The position numbers were made by a program, and so were the translations under genes. Of a stretch of 64,000 bases of DNA, positions 52,405-64,000 are shown piece after piece (the first letter of the stretch is position 1; each line of letters opens with the position of its first letter). The notes under the pieces are model-generated. The model did not search any database. It worked only from the letters and a program-made list of their open reading frames with translations, and was not told where the DNA came from. This DNA is from the human T2T-CHM13v2.0 reference genome, Homo sapiens. The stretch is taken from NCBI RefSeq assembly GCF_009914755.1, contig NC_060937.1; one strand, written 5' to 3'.

Positions 52405-55269
52405 TGGAATTTTTCTTTTTTTATTAACATATATCTTCTTTTCTTGTTATAAAGTCATTAGATATGATTCCAGGAAAATAAAACCAATTATGAAAAGAAA
52501 ATAACAAAGAAATAGTCACAAGTTTTCACATACAGCATAAGAATCTGAGAAAATAGACTATGTCTTTAAAGGTTCCAATTCAAACCCCAAAGAATTGACA
52601 GAAATAAACAATACAATTAAGTACCTTGGGGAGGTGGGGGAAGAACCTTGACTAGATTGTCATATGAATGGTTAAAATAAAAAGTTATTGAAAATATTTT
52701 TAGAATCATATTATTAAGAAAGCCACTTGCCCCACTCCCCCACCTTTCTTTGATGTGAAACCCAGTCTTATTTCAAATCCTGGTAAGGCAAGAAATATTA
52801 AATTTAACAAGAAAATAAAACAGAACAAGTTCTTATCAACAAAAAGAAGACAGCATTCAGACAGGACACTGCAGTCCACAGAGAGATATTTCTCTGGTGA
52901 TTTACATTGTTAAATTTGAAGAACATATATTTTGAAGCACCTTTGTTGTCAAGGTTTATTTATAAAGATGTGACTTGCTTCTCAATGGAACTTCAAGCAC
53001 TTTTTTAAAAGCTTAATCCACCAGGGCCAGGAAGTGGAATCTTGATTAGAAGGCTCTGTCAAAGCTGGTTTGAGTGATGTTTGCACTTTTCATCTGCATA
53101 ATCCATAATCCTCCCTCCCATTGGCTGCTATAATTCATTGTCACAACCACACACACATCTCCTCAAAGAAAAGATGCTCCTGCATCCAATACCGAGGCCA
53201 TTTGCAAGCTCCCACCATTGATATATAGACTGATGTTCACGAATTATCTAGTCAGAGCCTTTCTAAGGAGCACCTGTATACTGTAACTCACTGCCGAATT
53301 TACAGCTTGTCAGGAAAGCGCATGCCCTCACTGCACTGTGTCAATCATGGCCCGAAATCTTTTACTCAAAACCTTCTAGCTATTTCTCCCACCACTCGAG
53401 GAAGTTTGACATCTCATAAAATTAAAAAATGAATTTGTGTCATAAAGGAAAACTAGATTGAAAGGATTCCTGATTAAATGAAGATAAGATCCATCATGTT
53501 TCTATATAAGTTCATTTGCTTATTTAGAATGCCAATATCAATCAACGCTTTTTGATCAGAGGTCTTTTGTTTTCCTTATTCAATTTATTTCATTTTTTGT
53601 CCTTAAGATATAAGGAACTATGTTGGATCACAAGTTAAAATTCTATTGGATATGATGAGTTATAATTACCAATAATGATAGAACAAGTGATATGCGTGTG
53701 TGTGTGCACATGTGTGTGTATGTGTGTACCTAAAGTGAGAACAGACACATCCCGCTATATGCTTATCTCAGAAGAACTGGAAAGGGTAAAAGTGTTTTCT
53801 GTCTCTACCAAAATCAGTATCACTGACATTAGAATCACTAGCATTATACCCTCGGGCTTTCTAACAGAAAATGCTGCCATATTTTATTTTGCTAAGTGTC
53901 ACACTGGTGGATGGTTAGCAGCAAGAGGGGATAGTCAAATAAAAAAATGAGACAGGAGAAAAGCTATATACACATCAGCACCATAATCCATATTGACAGA
54001 GTGGGTGACGCAGCTGGGAGTCAAGGAGATGATGGCTGCTCCCGGCACCATCAAGGTGAAGACCCAGCAGTCAGACCTCAGGGTTCACTGGAGTCAGGGC
54101 CATGCTTGAGTGCAGTAGTCATTGGGTTGCAGGGCACAGCAGCAGTGAAGAGAGTGTACAGAAGAGAGCCAGGTGGAAAATGGGGCCACACCACCCATCT
54201 GCTTCCATGCTGCCTGCCCAAGGGTAGTATTTCAGCTGAATCTCCTCTGCAGAGATTCAGGGAGGAGATCCTTTGTGGGCAAAGGAGCTCCAGGGAATGT
54301 CCTCACTGTAAGTTGAGAAACTCAGAGCGCCAGGCAGCAGGATTTAGTAACTGACTTAAAGGGATAACCTGAGTCCTTAAAATGAAGGTGTCTCTCAGCA
54401 CAGGACTCCTGCATGGCAGTGAAGATGCAATGAGATTTTTAAAGGCTGTATGAAAGCTGAGTTCGCTGGAGGAGGATTTGCAGCTATTATTCCCGAGAGT
54501 CCAGGCAGCCTAGAGCCCCATCGCTCAATCCTCCTAAGCTGGCCCGGCAGTCACAAGACGCATTAGGCTGCAGGGCTGGAGGATTAGTGGGCACCCTTGT
54601 TGATGCTCCTTAGAGGAAGGAAGCAATGAAAACCTCCCACAGCCCAGTCTTCCTTCCCCCGAGTCAACGGTTTAAGGAGGAAGAACTTCTAATACTCCTG
54701 ATCTTGGGTTGGGCACTTTGATTTCAGTAACTGTCCACTGCCAAAGGGGAAAAATAAAATAAAATCTTTAAGCCTTAAAAAAACAGAAATGTGTAATTAA
54801 AAGACCATGTCAAGGTAGTCACCTTTACTGCTGAGAACTCTCTGCTGAGGGAGTGCTACAACCCAGGCCTTCCACCAGTATCCTTGTTCCCTTTATTTTT
54901 GTTTTACATCCAAATGAAATGTTTTCATTCCACATGGAATGTGGAATTCCAAATTTTCTCTTCATGGGTTTGTGTGATCTGTTTACAAATACATTTAAAT
55001 GTAGTTTGCCATAAAGCAAATGGTTCAACACATGTTCTCTCTAAATATATTAATACAAAGAGCATGGTTAACTAGGTATTAAAAAGAGCAAAACTTAATA
55101 ATTGTGGTTAGAAAACCCGGACACAATTTAAAAGCTACACTGTGAATACAGTATTCTCATTTCTTTGAAAAGAGGTGTCATTTTAAATAATGTTTGAGAG
55201 AGGGAATGTATCATTATAATTAAACATAAGCTGATATTAGTTGATGGGAGATAAGCAAAAGGCAGATAA

Positions 55270-55500
55270 GGACAGTGTAGACGCAAACCACATGCACTGA
55301 AACCAGAGGGCTGGCTCCAATCCCAGGTGCACATGTTACATTTATGAGCCATGCAATCTTGAATAAGTGGCTCAGCCTCTCTATGCCTGAGATTCCTCAT
55401 CTGCAAAGTAATAAAAGCAGAAGACTCTAGGTTTGTCTTGAAGGTTCGATAATGTGATCTATGCACAACACTTACCTTGCACATATCAAGCCTGATGTAA
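55270..55500 (+). mobile_element. MIR
   Basis: TCTTGAATAAGTGG...CTCTCTATGCCTGAGATTCCTCATCTGCAAA. Confidence 0.65.
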
Positions 55501-55518
55501 AACAGTATTACAGAAATC

Positions 55519-56740
55519 AGTGTGATCCCTGGACATCTTTCAGGGAATGCTTTCAGAGGAGCTGGGAGATAAAACTGTCTTCATAATAATACTAAGATAT
55601 CATTTCCCTTTTCCATTATGCTGTGGTTTGGATCTGTGTCCCCACCCAAATCTCATGTTGAATTGTAATCCCCATTGTTGGAGGTGGGGTCTGGTGGGAG
55701 GTGATTGGATCATGGAGGACAGTTTCTAATGGTTTAGCACCATCCTCCTACTGAGGTTCTCATGATAGAGTTCCCACAAGGTGTGGTTGTTTATAAGTGT
55801 GTAGCACTTCCCTTCTCTCTCTCTTCCTCCTGCTCCAGCTATGTAAGGAGTGCCAGCTTGCCCTTTGCCTTCTGCCATGATTGAAGCCAAGCAGATGCTG
55901 CCACGCTTCCTGTACAGCCTACAGAACTGTGAGCCAATTAAACCTCTTTACTTCATAAATTTCTTTATAGCAATGCAATACACATTATGTTGGTGTTTGC
56001 TCTGATGAACCAAAACCAATGGTGGATAAAACTGCTAACATCTTGGCCTGAATTAAGCCAGTGGGACCCACCTGTAGGTAGAGTGCTAGTAGACATGGCA
56101 TTCCTCACCAGCATGCATTTGCAATAGAAGAAAAACACCAGTTTCATTTTCAGGTAGCCTTAATAGAGTAACACAACTATTAATTTTATAAATCTCAACC
56201 CTTGTTTATGTCTTTTTTAATATTCCATATGGCAAAATGGAAAGTGTGCACACAGTACTTTTGTTGCATACCAAAATACAATGGTTGTCTCAAGGAAAAG
56301 CAGTGTACTAGCTTAGTATTCTTCATGGAAAATAACTTTTACTTTAAAATTGTGTCAAAGTTTCATTCAAAGTACAAGCTAGACCAGTGGATTTTGATGT
56401 AACTCCCCCAAAAGTCCATTTGCATAGTTTCAGATTCCACATTGTAACTAATCTTTATAACAGCCACTTGTTGAGTTTTGGTGTAGTATCAAAGTGGACA
56501 ATCCCTAAATACCAGGAAAGGCATTGTAATACTCCTTCCCACTACACATTTGTGAGGCTGGATTTTCTTCATCCACTTCAACCAAAGCAACACATTGCAA
56601 TAAATTGAAGAAGCACATGTGGGAATTCAGCAGCCTTGAAATGAAGCCCAACATCACAAAGTTGTGCAGAAATGTAAAAAATGCCATTCTTCTTACAAAT
56701 GTTTTGTTTTAGGAAGTAGTTTTTTAATTAAGATTATATC
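55519..56740. mobile_element. Charlie1a-like hAT transposon remnant, interrupted by MSTA
   Basis: AAAACTGTCTTCATAATAATACTAAGA...CAATGGTGGATAAAACTGCT...GAGGCTGGATTTTCTTCA...ACCAAAGCAACACATTGCAA. Confidence 0.8.
55619..55982 (+). mobile_element. MSTA-like MaLR solo LTR
   Basis: TG...CA termini, GTTTGGATCTGTGTCCCCACCCAAATCTCATG and AGAACTGTGAGCCAATTAAACCTC. 5-bp TSD CATTA. Confidence 0.9.
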
Positions 56741-57162
56741 ATTATACCCTTAAAAATATCATATTACTTGAATCGTGGAGAAAGTATAAACAGTGACAAC
56801 GTATGTGGGGCTAATGTTGAAGGAGGAATCACATATGTAATGCCAAACTGTCAAAATAAAACACATTTTTCACCAATTATGAATTGTTGTTATTGGCATT
56901 AATAAAATGTCATCAATCCCTTAGTTTCATTTATTACTGAATTTTTTTTATGCTTTCTGATCTCTAAACACAAAAGAGGTCCCTCAAAAATGAACTGAAG
57001 TGCCCTGACTTGCTGGTTTCAGAATCGGTGTCAGAAGGCATGAGAGGGCGGGGGACATGTCCTGACAATCCTAAAGTCATGGGCTCCTCTTTGGAGCTGT
57101 GGGCTTTCATTTCTGAGGGCTGTTTTTCACTGAAGGTGAAAGGCTTCAAGCCTATTCCCCCG

Positions 57163-57543
57163 TATTATGGGCTGAATTATGTCCCCTCAAAATGTACATG
57201 TTGAAGTCCTAACCCCACAGAACATGTGAATGTGACTGCATTTGAAGACAAGATATTTACAGAGATAATTAAGTTAAAATGAGGACATATGCATGGACCC
57301 GAATCCAGTGTGACTGGTGCTCTTATAAGAAGAGGTAAGGACAGAGACACACACAGAAGACACCTTGTGAAAACTCTGGAAGAGCCCATTCACAAGCCAA
57401 GGAGAGTGGCCTCAGGACAAACAACCCCACTGACACCTTGATCTTGGGCTTCTACTGCCCGGGATGATGAAGAAGTCAATTTCTATCATCAAAGCCACCA
57501 AGTCCCTAGTATTCATTATGCCGGCCCCTAGAAAACTAATCCA
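57163..57543 (+). mobile_element. MLT1B LTR
   Basis: TATGGGCTGAATTATGTCCCCTCAAAA...TGAAGTCCTAACCCC...ACAAGCCAAGGAGAGTGGCCTCAG...AAACTAATCCA. Confidence 0.88.
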
Positions 57544-58439
57544 CCCCCTCTTTCTTGCTCCCCATACCTGAGTCCCTTTGCCCATCCAGCACCACATCCT
57601 GAGGAGCCCGGGGAATGTGGTATTTCCACAATTAGAAATTTACCTCAGTGTACAGTTTGGCCTGTGATTTGAAAATAGAATTTAATCATACCAAAATAAT
57701 GATAATAAGCGTACAAAAACCCCAAATAGCCTGTTATTCATTATATATGTTAGATGCGCTGTCAAATTTTCTATTCAATTTAACCTGACTTTTCCAAAGG
57801 ATTGGAAATGGCTGAAAATCAAATGTGCATATATAATCTTCTGAATGGTAAAGATGGAAATTAGAGGCCATGAAGCAGATAATGGAAGATGATAGCAGAT
57901 GGAGAGTATAAGAAGAGTTACAGGAACTGGGCACAAAATTAGGGCTCTGAGGTATTCCTGAAACAGAAATAAATGCAGATATTAAAAGATCTATCAGAAC
58001 TCAACAGATTGCCGTGACCTCATAGAGATTATAAAGTGTTGAAATACTGAAATTTAAAATTTCAGTTCGTGAGTTATTACCACTAAATGGATAACCTTCA
58101 ATTCAATATGTTTCTGTGTTTTCTTAGGATAAATAAATCCAACAAGCGCAAATATTTCATAACTGACCACAGAGGCCTTAGCGTCACTCTGAGGTTTTAC
58201 ACAGAGAATACCACAGATCAAGATACATCAAAAGAAAGCTCACTATATCCCAAACACAGACATGTTTGCTTGTCCAAACAGGGCCAGATTTTCCTTAATT
58301 TTAGTTCTTTTGAGATTGTTTCCAAATCACTTCTTACATGGATATTAAAAACAAAATTAATGTGACATCGATTTTGACCTCCAGTCCTGCTTCCCCGAAC
58401 ATTCCCTCTCAATTTACAGTAACTCCATCTCCTCAGCTT

Positions 58440-59857
58440 CCTTGGAATCACCACTGACTACACAATTTCTTTCCTACTTTACAGCCAAAACCAAATGAAA
58501 TTCTGTTGAATTCACCTTGAAAGTATATCCAAATGCAACCACTTCTCTTTTCTCTCATTGCCGCAATCCTTGGGTGCCATAGTCTGACCGGGATTAGTGC
58601 AATGGCCTTCAACAAATGTCTCCCTACCTCCAGCCATTTTTCTCCTCACCCTCTGTTCCCCATGAGGCAGCCAGTGAGAGCTTCATAAACATGTCAGATC
58701 CTGTAATTCAGGGGTCTCTAAGCCCCGGGGTCACAGTCCAGGGCCAGTTAGGAACCTGGCCGCACAAGCAGGAGGTAAGCAGCCAGGGAGACAACGAAGC
58801 TTTATCTGTATTTACAGCCACTCCCCATGGCTTGAATTTACCACCTGAGCTCTGCCTGCTGTCAGATCAGCATGGCATTAGATTCTCATAGGAGCATAAA
58901 CCCTATTGGGAACTGTGGATCTAGGTTGGGGTCTAGGATCCAGGTTGCATGCTCCTTATGAGAATCTCATGCCTGATGATCTGTCAGTGTCTCCCATCGC
59001 CCCCAAATGGGACCATCTAGTTGCAGGAAAACAAGTTCAAGGCTCCCACTGACTCTACATTATGGTGAGTTATATAACTATTTCATTATATATTGCAGTG
59101 TAACAATAATAGAAATAAAGTGCACAATAAACATAATGCACTTGAATCCTCCAGAAACCATCACCCCCACAACTGGGTCAGTGGAAAAATTGTCTTCTAC
59201 GAAACTGCACCTGATGCCAAAAAGCGGTTGGTGACCGTTGCTGTAATTCCTCTGCTTAACACCACCCAGTGGTTTCTCATTTAATTCAGAGAATACTCCA
59301 AATTATTTTCAAAGACCTACAAAGCCCCACCCAGTCTATCCCCATTACCTTGCTATCACCTCTTCTTAATTATCTCCCTCTTTACCCAACTCCACAGCAT
59401 CAGCCAACTTGCTTGTCCTATCGCGATAGGGCATACTTCTACCTTTGCTCTTTCTTGCATATTCCCTTTGCCTGGATTGCTCTTTACACTCACTCCAAAT
59501 CTATACCACTGGTTCCCCCACCTCCATCAAGTCTTAGCTTCAGTGAGACTTCCTCAGTGAGCCCCTTCATGACTCCTGCTTAGTAACACAATCTCACCTT
59601 CACCACATATTCCTGTTACCCTTACGCTGTTGTTAGCACTTAACAACACCTACCATAGTACATAGTTTTTAACATACTAAATAGAAATAACAATTTCTAA
59701 CATGCTGTGTATTCTAGTTATTTATTGTTTATAATCTGTCTCACCCACTAGAATAGGAGTTGCAAAGGTAGGAATGTTTATCTATTTGTCAATTCACCTC
59801 CAGAGTATAAAATAGCGACTACACATAAAAGGAGCTAGATCAAAACTTGATAAATGT
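58440..59857 (+). mobile_element. L2 3' portion, split by MER1A
   Basis: GCAGCCAGTGAGAGC...TCAGATC | CCTCTGCTTAACCACCCAGTGGTTTCTCA...TGCCTGGA...TCTCACCCACTAGAAT. Confidence 0.7.
58709..59240. mobile_element. MER1A (hAT-Charlie)
   Basis: CAGGGGTC start, about 530 bp, GCATTAGATTCTCATAGGAGC. Exact 8-bp TSD CTGTAATT. Confidence 0.92.
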
Positions 59858-60181
<324 letters not shown>

Positions 60182-60825
60182 TTAAACCTTTCTACAAACT
60201 TCCCAGATTCCATTTTTTTAGCAGAGGTGAAGTTCCTGCAGAGTAGGAATCAAATATTTTATTTGTTTTCTTTCCATAGTGCTTTTTCCATAGTGCTTTC
60301 TGAACAATAGGAAACTCCAAACAACCAGACATATCAATGGAAACTCCAATGCTCATTCAATTATTCAGATATTTGGTGTGTCTCAAATAAAAGTGGCACA
60401 AAATATGATTTTCAGATACAGTGGGATCCTGGGCAAAAGTATTTCCTGAATCATTTCTTTGCTTCTCCAAATACTCAGAACCGTCATATTTTCATCTGGA
60501 TACACAAAGCCCAATACATTGTGCTCACACACTTGCCTTCTTCCAAGAACCTGCAAGTGACTCAGTTCTTGGCAACACCTTTTCCTCAACCTTTGTGCTC
60601 AGGGCAATTGTGCTCAGTAAGGTATTTTGGAGGAAAGCTGTCTTTTTAGAGTAGATGTTTTAAGATGTAAATTACTAGTGAGATTAACCCTCCTAGGACC
60701 ATTGCATTTCAAAAAGAGAATTTACAAACCCAGTTAAATGTCTACTACTGTGTCATACTGAAAACAAATTTTAGACTTTTTTTTTTCCTATTTCTGACCT
60801 ATTCAGTATGCAGAAGAAGATTTTC

Positions 60826-61047
60826 TTTTTTTTTTTTTTTTATTGTATTATACCTCAAGTTCTAGGGTAAATGTGCACAACGTTCAGGTTTGTTACATAT
60901 GCATACATGTGCCATGTTGGTGTGCTGCACCCATTAACTCATCATTTACATTAGGTATATCTCCTAATGCTATCCCTCCCCCCTCCCCCACCCCACAACA
61001 GGCCCCAGTGTGTGACGTTCCCCTTCCTGTGTCCAAGTGTTCTCATT
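60826..61047 (-). mobile_element. L1PA 3'UTR, heavily 5'-truncated
   Basis: Poly-T then TTCTAGGGTAAATGTGCACAACG...CATGTGCCATGTTGGTGTGCTGCACCCATTAAC...CCTAATGCTATCCCTCCCC. Confidence 0.95.
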
Positions 61048-61553
61048 AGAACAGGAACAGAGCACCCATTCCTGTAAGAGTGCAGTCCCCTGGAATACAC
61101 ACGGTCAAGCTTCTGGATAATTAGAAATTTACTCACTCATTGATACCATCGCTGAGCACAATTACAATGAGAAAAGTGTCTCATGTTAATATTTGAGCCT
61201 GTTTTGGTGACTTGTATGTTCATTGTCAAAACATCTCAAAAAAAAAGAAAAAATATAGTCTGTCAGTTTGACGTTTGGTCTACGTATAAATATGAAAGAG
61301 GAGACAGAAAGGGAAAGAAAAAGAAATCTGAAACAAAATGATGTTTGGTGTTATGTAAGTGAAACAGATTGGGGTGAAATATTAAATTATTCATTCTTCA
61401 TTCCTTTATGATGACATTGCATAATCAAAAGTACATTTGTGTGGCTCTTTTAAAAGTTTTATAAGCATTTCTTATTGGCATGAGTTTTTTGCATTCTTAA
61501 TAGTGACAAAGGCAAACAACACAAAGACTCCTGTCTAAATATGCCTAGGTGTG

Positions 61554-62167
61554 TGTTATGAGCTAAACTGTATCTGCTGTCTTCTAAAATTTATATATTG
61601 AAGTCCTACTTTCCAGTACTCCAGAATGTGACTGTATTTGTAGATAGAGCATCTTAAGAGGTAGTTAAAGTATAATGAGGTCTGCAGGGTAGCCCTAATC
61701 TACTATGACTGGTGTCCTTAAAACAAGAAGGAATTTCTACGCAAAAAAGACACCAGACACGTGCACGCACAGAGGCAAAATGATGTGAGAACACAACCAC
61801 AAGATGGCCATCTGCAAGCCATGGAGAGTGGCCTCAGAGAAAACTCACCCTAATGATACAGAGGGTGAAGCCTCAGAAGACTGAGCAGGTGGAGGGTGTG
61901 GATGATGAGAACTTACTTAATGGGTACATTTTATGTAATTTGGGTAATGGATACCCTAAAAGCACTGACTTGACCACCATGCAATCTATGCATATAGCAA
62001 AATTGCACTTGTACCCCACATATTTATACAAATTTTAAAAAAAGAAGAAACTCACCCTGCTGACACCTTGATTTTGACTTCTAGCCTCCAAAATTGTGAG
62101 AAAATTTCTATTGTTTAAGACACCTAATCTCTGGTATTTTGTTATGGCAGCCACAGCAAACTAACAG
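61554..62167 (+). mobile_element. MLT1B LTR with a nested L1
   Basis: TGAAGTCCTA...GAATGTGACTGTATTTG...GATGGCCATCTGCAAGCC...GCAGCCACAGCAAACTAACA. Confidence 0.85.
61852..62046 (+). mobile_element. L1MA 3'UTR fragment nested in MLT1B
   Basis: TTACTTAATGGGTACA...TAAAAGC...AAATTGCACTTGTACCCC with an A-tail. TSD AAACTCACCCT. Confidence 0.85.
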
Positions 62168-62169
62168 TG

Positions 62170-63850
62170 TAGTTTTCTTTGAAAGCACTCAGAGAAAAAC
62201 AATGCATAACTAATGGAAGAATAATAATACAAATGGCAACTGACTTTCATCCAGAAAAAAAAAAAAAAAGCCAGAAGATAGTGAAATGGGCTCTTTAAGG
62301 TACTGGGGAAAACTTATCAATTCAGAATTCTATATCCAGAAAAAAAAAATCCTTAAAAATGAGGACAAAATAAACACATTTTCAGATAAACATAATCTGG
62401 CAAAATGTATCACCAAGAAACCTGAATTGCTAAAGGAAGTCTTTCAGGCTCAGAGGAAACTTGAATCTGCACTAAAAAATGAAGACACCAAAAGATGTAA
62501 ATAATATGGGTAAATATAAAAGACTACTTTTTTCTCTTAGTTGTTTCCACAGACAATTGGTTTTTTAAGCCGCCACTCCTTTCAGAACAACTGATTGTTA
62601 AAAGCAAAAATATTAACATTGCACTGTGCACTTTTAATGTATGTCAGTGCAAGACATATGACAACAGAATAAACAACAAAGGGAACTATGGAATAAACAA
62701 ATAAAACTCTGTAGTTGTAAAAAAACTTACGTTTTTTGGGGAAATGTTACAATATTAACTCTAGGTAGACTGTATTAAATGTAAATATTATAATCCCAAG
62801 AGCAAGTACTAAAAAATAACTTAGTACTAAAAAATAGCTTAAAAATTAATAGAGGAATTAACAATTAGTGCTAAAAAATATTCAGTTAGCCCAAAAGAAG
62901 GCAGAAAGAAGAAACAAGAAAACCAAAAACAGATAGAAAAATTGGAAAGTAAATCACAACATAGACATAAATCCAACTATATGAATAGTTACATTAAATG
63001 TAAAGGAACTAAACACTCAACTGAAAGGCAAAGACCCACAGACTGTGGAGGAGGGAGGTGGAATGCACAAAAACCAATCATTTTCTATCTGTAAGAGACA
63101 CACTTTAACATGAAGACACAGGTTAAAAGTGGAATCATGGGACTAACACACCATGCAGACACTAATCCTAGAAAGTTTCTGTGAAGTAGGAGTTGAGGCA
63201 CTGTTTATCTATAAATTTATGGAGTTTTTCCTATCTCAATTTTTTGGAAAGATTTTTTTTTCCATTTTCTGCAGTAGTTGCCTGTGAAGGCAAGAGACAG
63301 ATATGAATAAGGGAACTTTCTCGGTTGAAGAAAGGTTCTATATCTTGATCAGGTGTAGGTTAGGAGGGTGAATATATTTGTAAAACTAACCAAATCACAC
63401 ATTCAAGATTTGTTAATTTCATTGTATGTAATTATTTCTCAGTTTAAAAAAGAGGAAGGCTCTTAAAGACATGTTGACTAACAGCAATGGATAGAGTTTA
63501 TTTAGATCCTGATTTAATTTTTTTAAAACCCTATATATTGGCATATATAAAAATGGAAATAGCCTTAAATATTTGATGACATTAAGAAATTGTTGTTATT
63601 TGCTTTAGCTGAGTAATAGCGCTTTGTTTTTTATTTTATTATCTTTTAGAGAAACATTTTAAATATTGAAGGATGAAATGAGCTAATGTTTGGGATTGGC
63701 TTCTAAATAGCATGAGGAGAGTTAGTAGTGGATGGGATGTATATGAAACCAGACTGAGCAAGGGTTGACGACTGTTGAAGTTGAGATATGGATACACTGG
63801 AGCTGGATACATTGTTTTCTTTTTAGAATTCTTTCTAATAAAATTATTTT
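62170..63850 (+). mobile_element. Old L1M fragments (ORF1 C-terminus, ORF2 start, 3'UTR pieces)
   Basis: ORF 62286-62504 (KNEDKINTFSDKHNLAKCITKKPELLKEV) resembles the ORF1p C-terminus. ACATTAAATGTAAAGGAACTAAACACTC matches the ORF2 start. Confidence 0.75.
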
Positions 63851-64000
63851 AAAAAGGTAAAAAATCTTTCTGCCTTTGTACATAATTGTTTTCTGACTAA
63901 AAGGCCTTTTCAGCCATTCTCTCATTTAAAGTTTGACACACCATTTCTCTCGCCTTATGCTCTGTCTCAAACGGCACTTCTTCCTGCCTCCTTTATTCTG

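Overview
64 kb of AT-rich mammalian genomic DNA. It is primate: AluJ/S/Y, FAM/FLAM, an L1PA 3' end and MADE1 are present, and AluY points to a catarrhine, but the species cannot be fixed from the sequence. I see no recognisable host protein-coding exon, rRNA, tRNA or CRISPR array. Much of the window is interspersed repeats (Alu, L1, L2, MIR, MaLR/ERV LTRs, a full-length Tigger1, Charlie1a, MER1A, MER5A, MER58A, MADE1) and microsatellites. Repeat families were recognised by eye, so subfamily names and edges are approximate. The most informative unique sequence is: (i) a well-formed + strand spliced 3' end (exon 38079-38130, 129-nt intron, terminal exon from 38260, AATAAA at 38439 and a GU-rich downstream element), with a possible upstream exon at 25808; (ii) a candidate - strand short first exon and promoter at about 34101-34272, giving a sense/antisense layout that recalls, unverified, the PART1 lncRNA / PDE4D 5' region; (iii) a CpG-island-like patch built on old LTRs at 18.4-19.1 kb; (iv) a GATA/FOXA motif cluster flanked by MADE1 TIRs; (v) a 153-codon orphan ORF at 246-707 (-). 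I cannot support a claim of a new biological system here; the findings are candidates to test.
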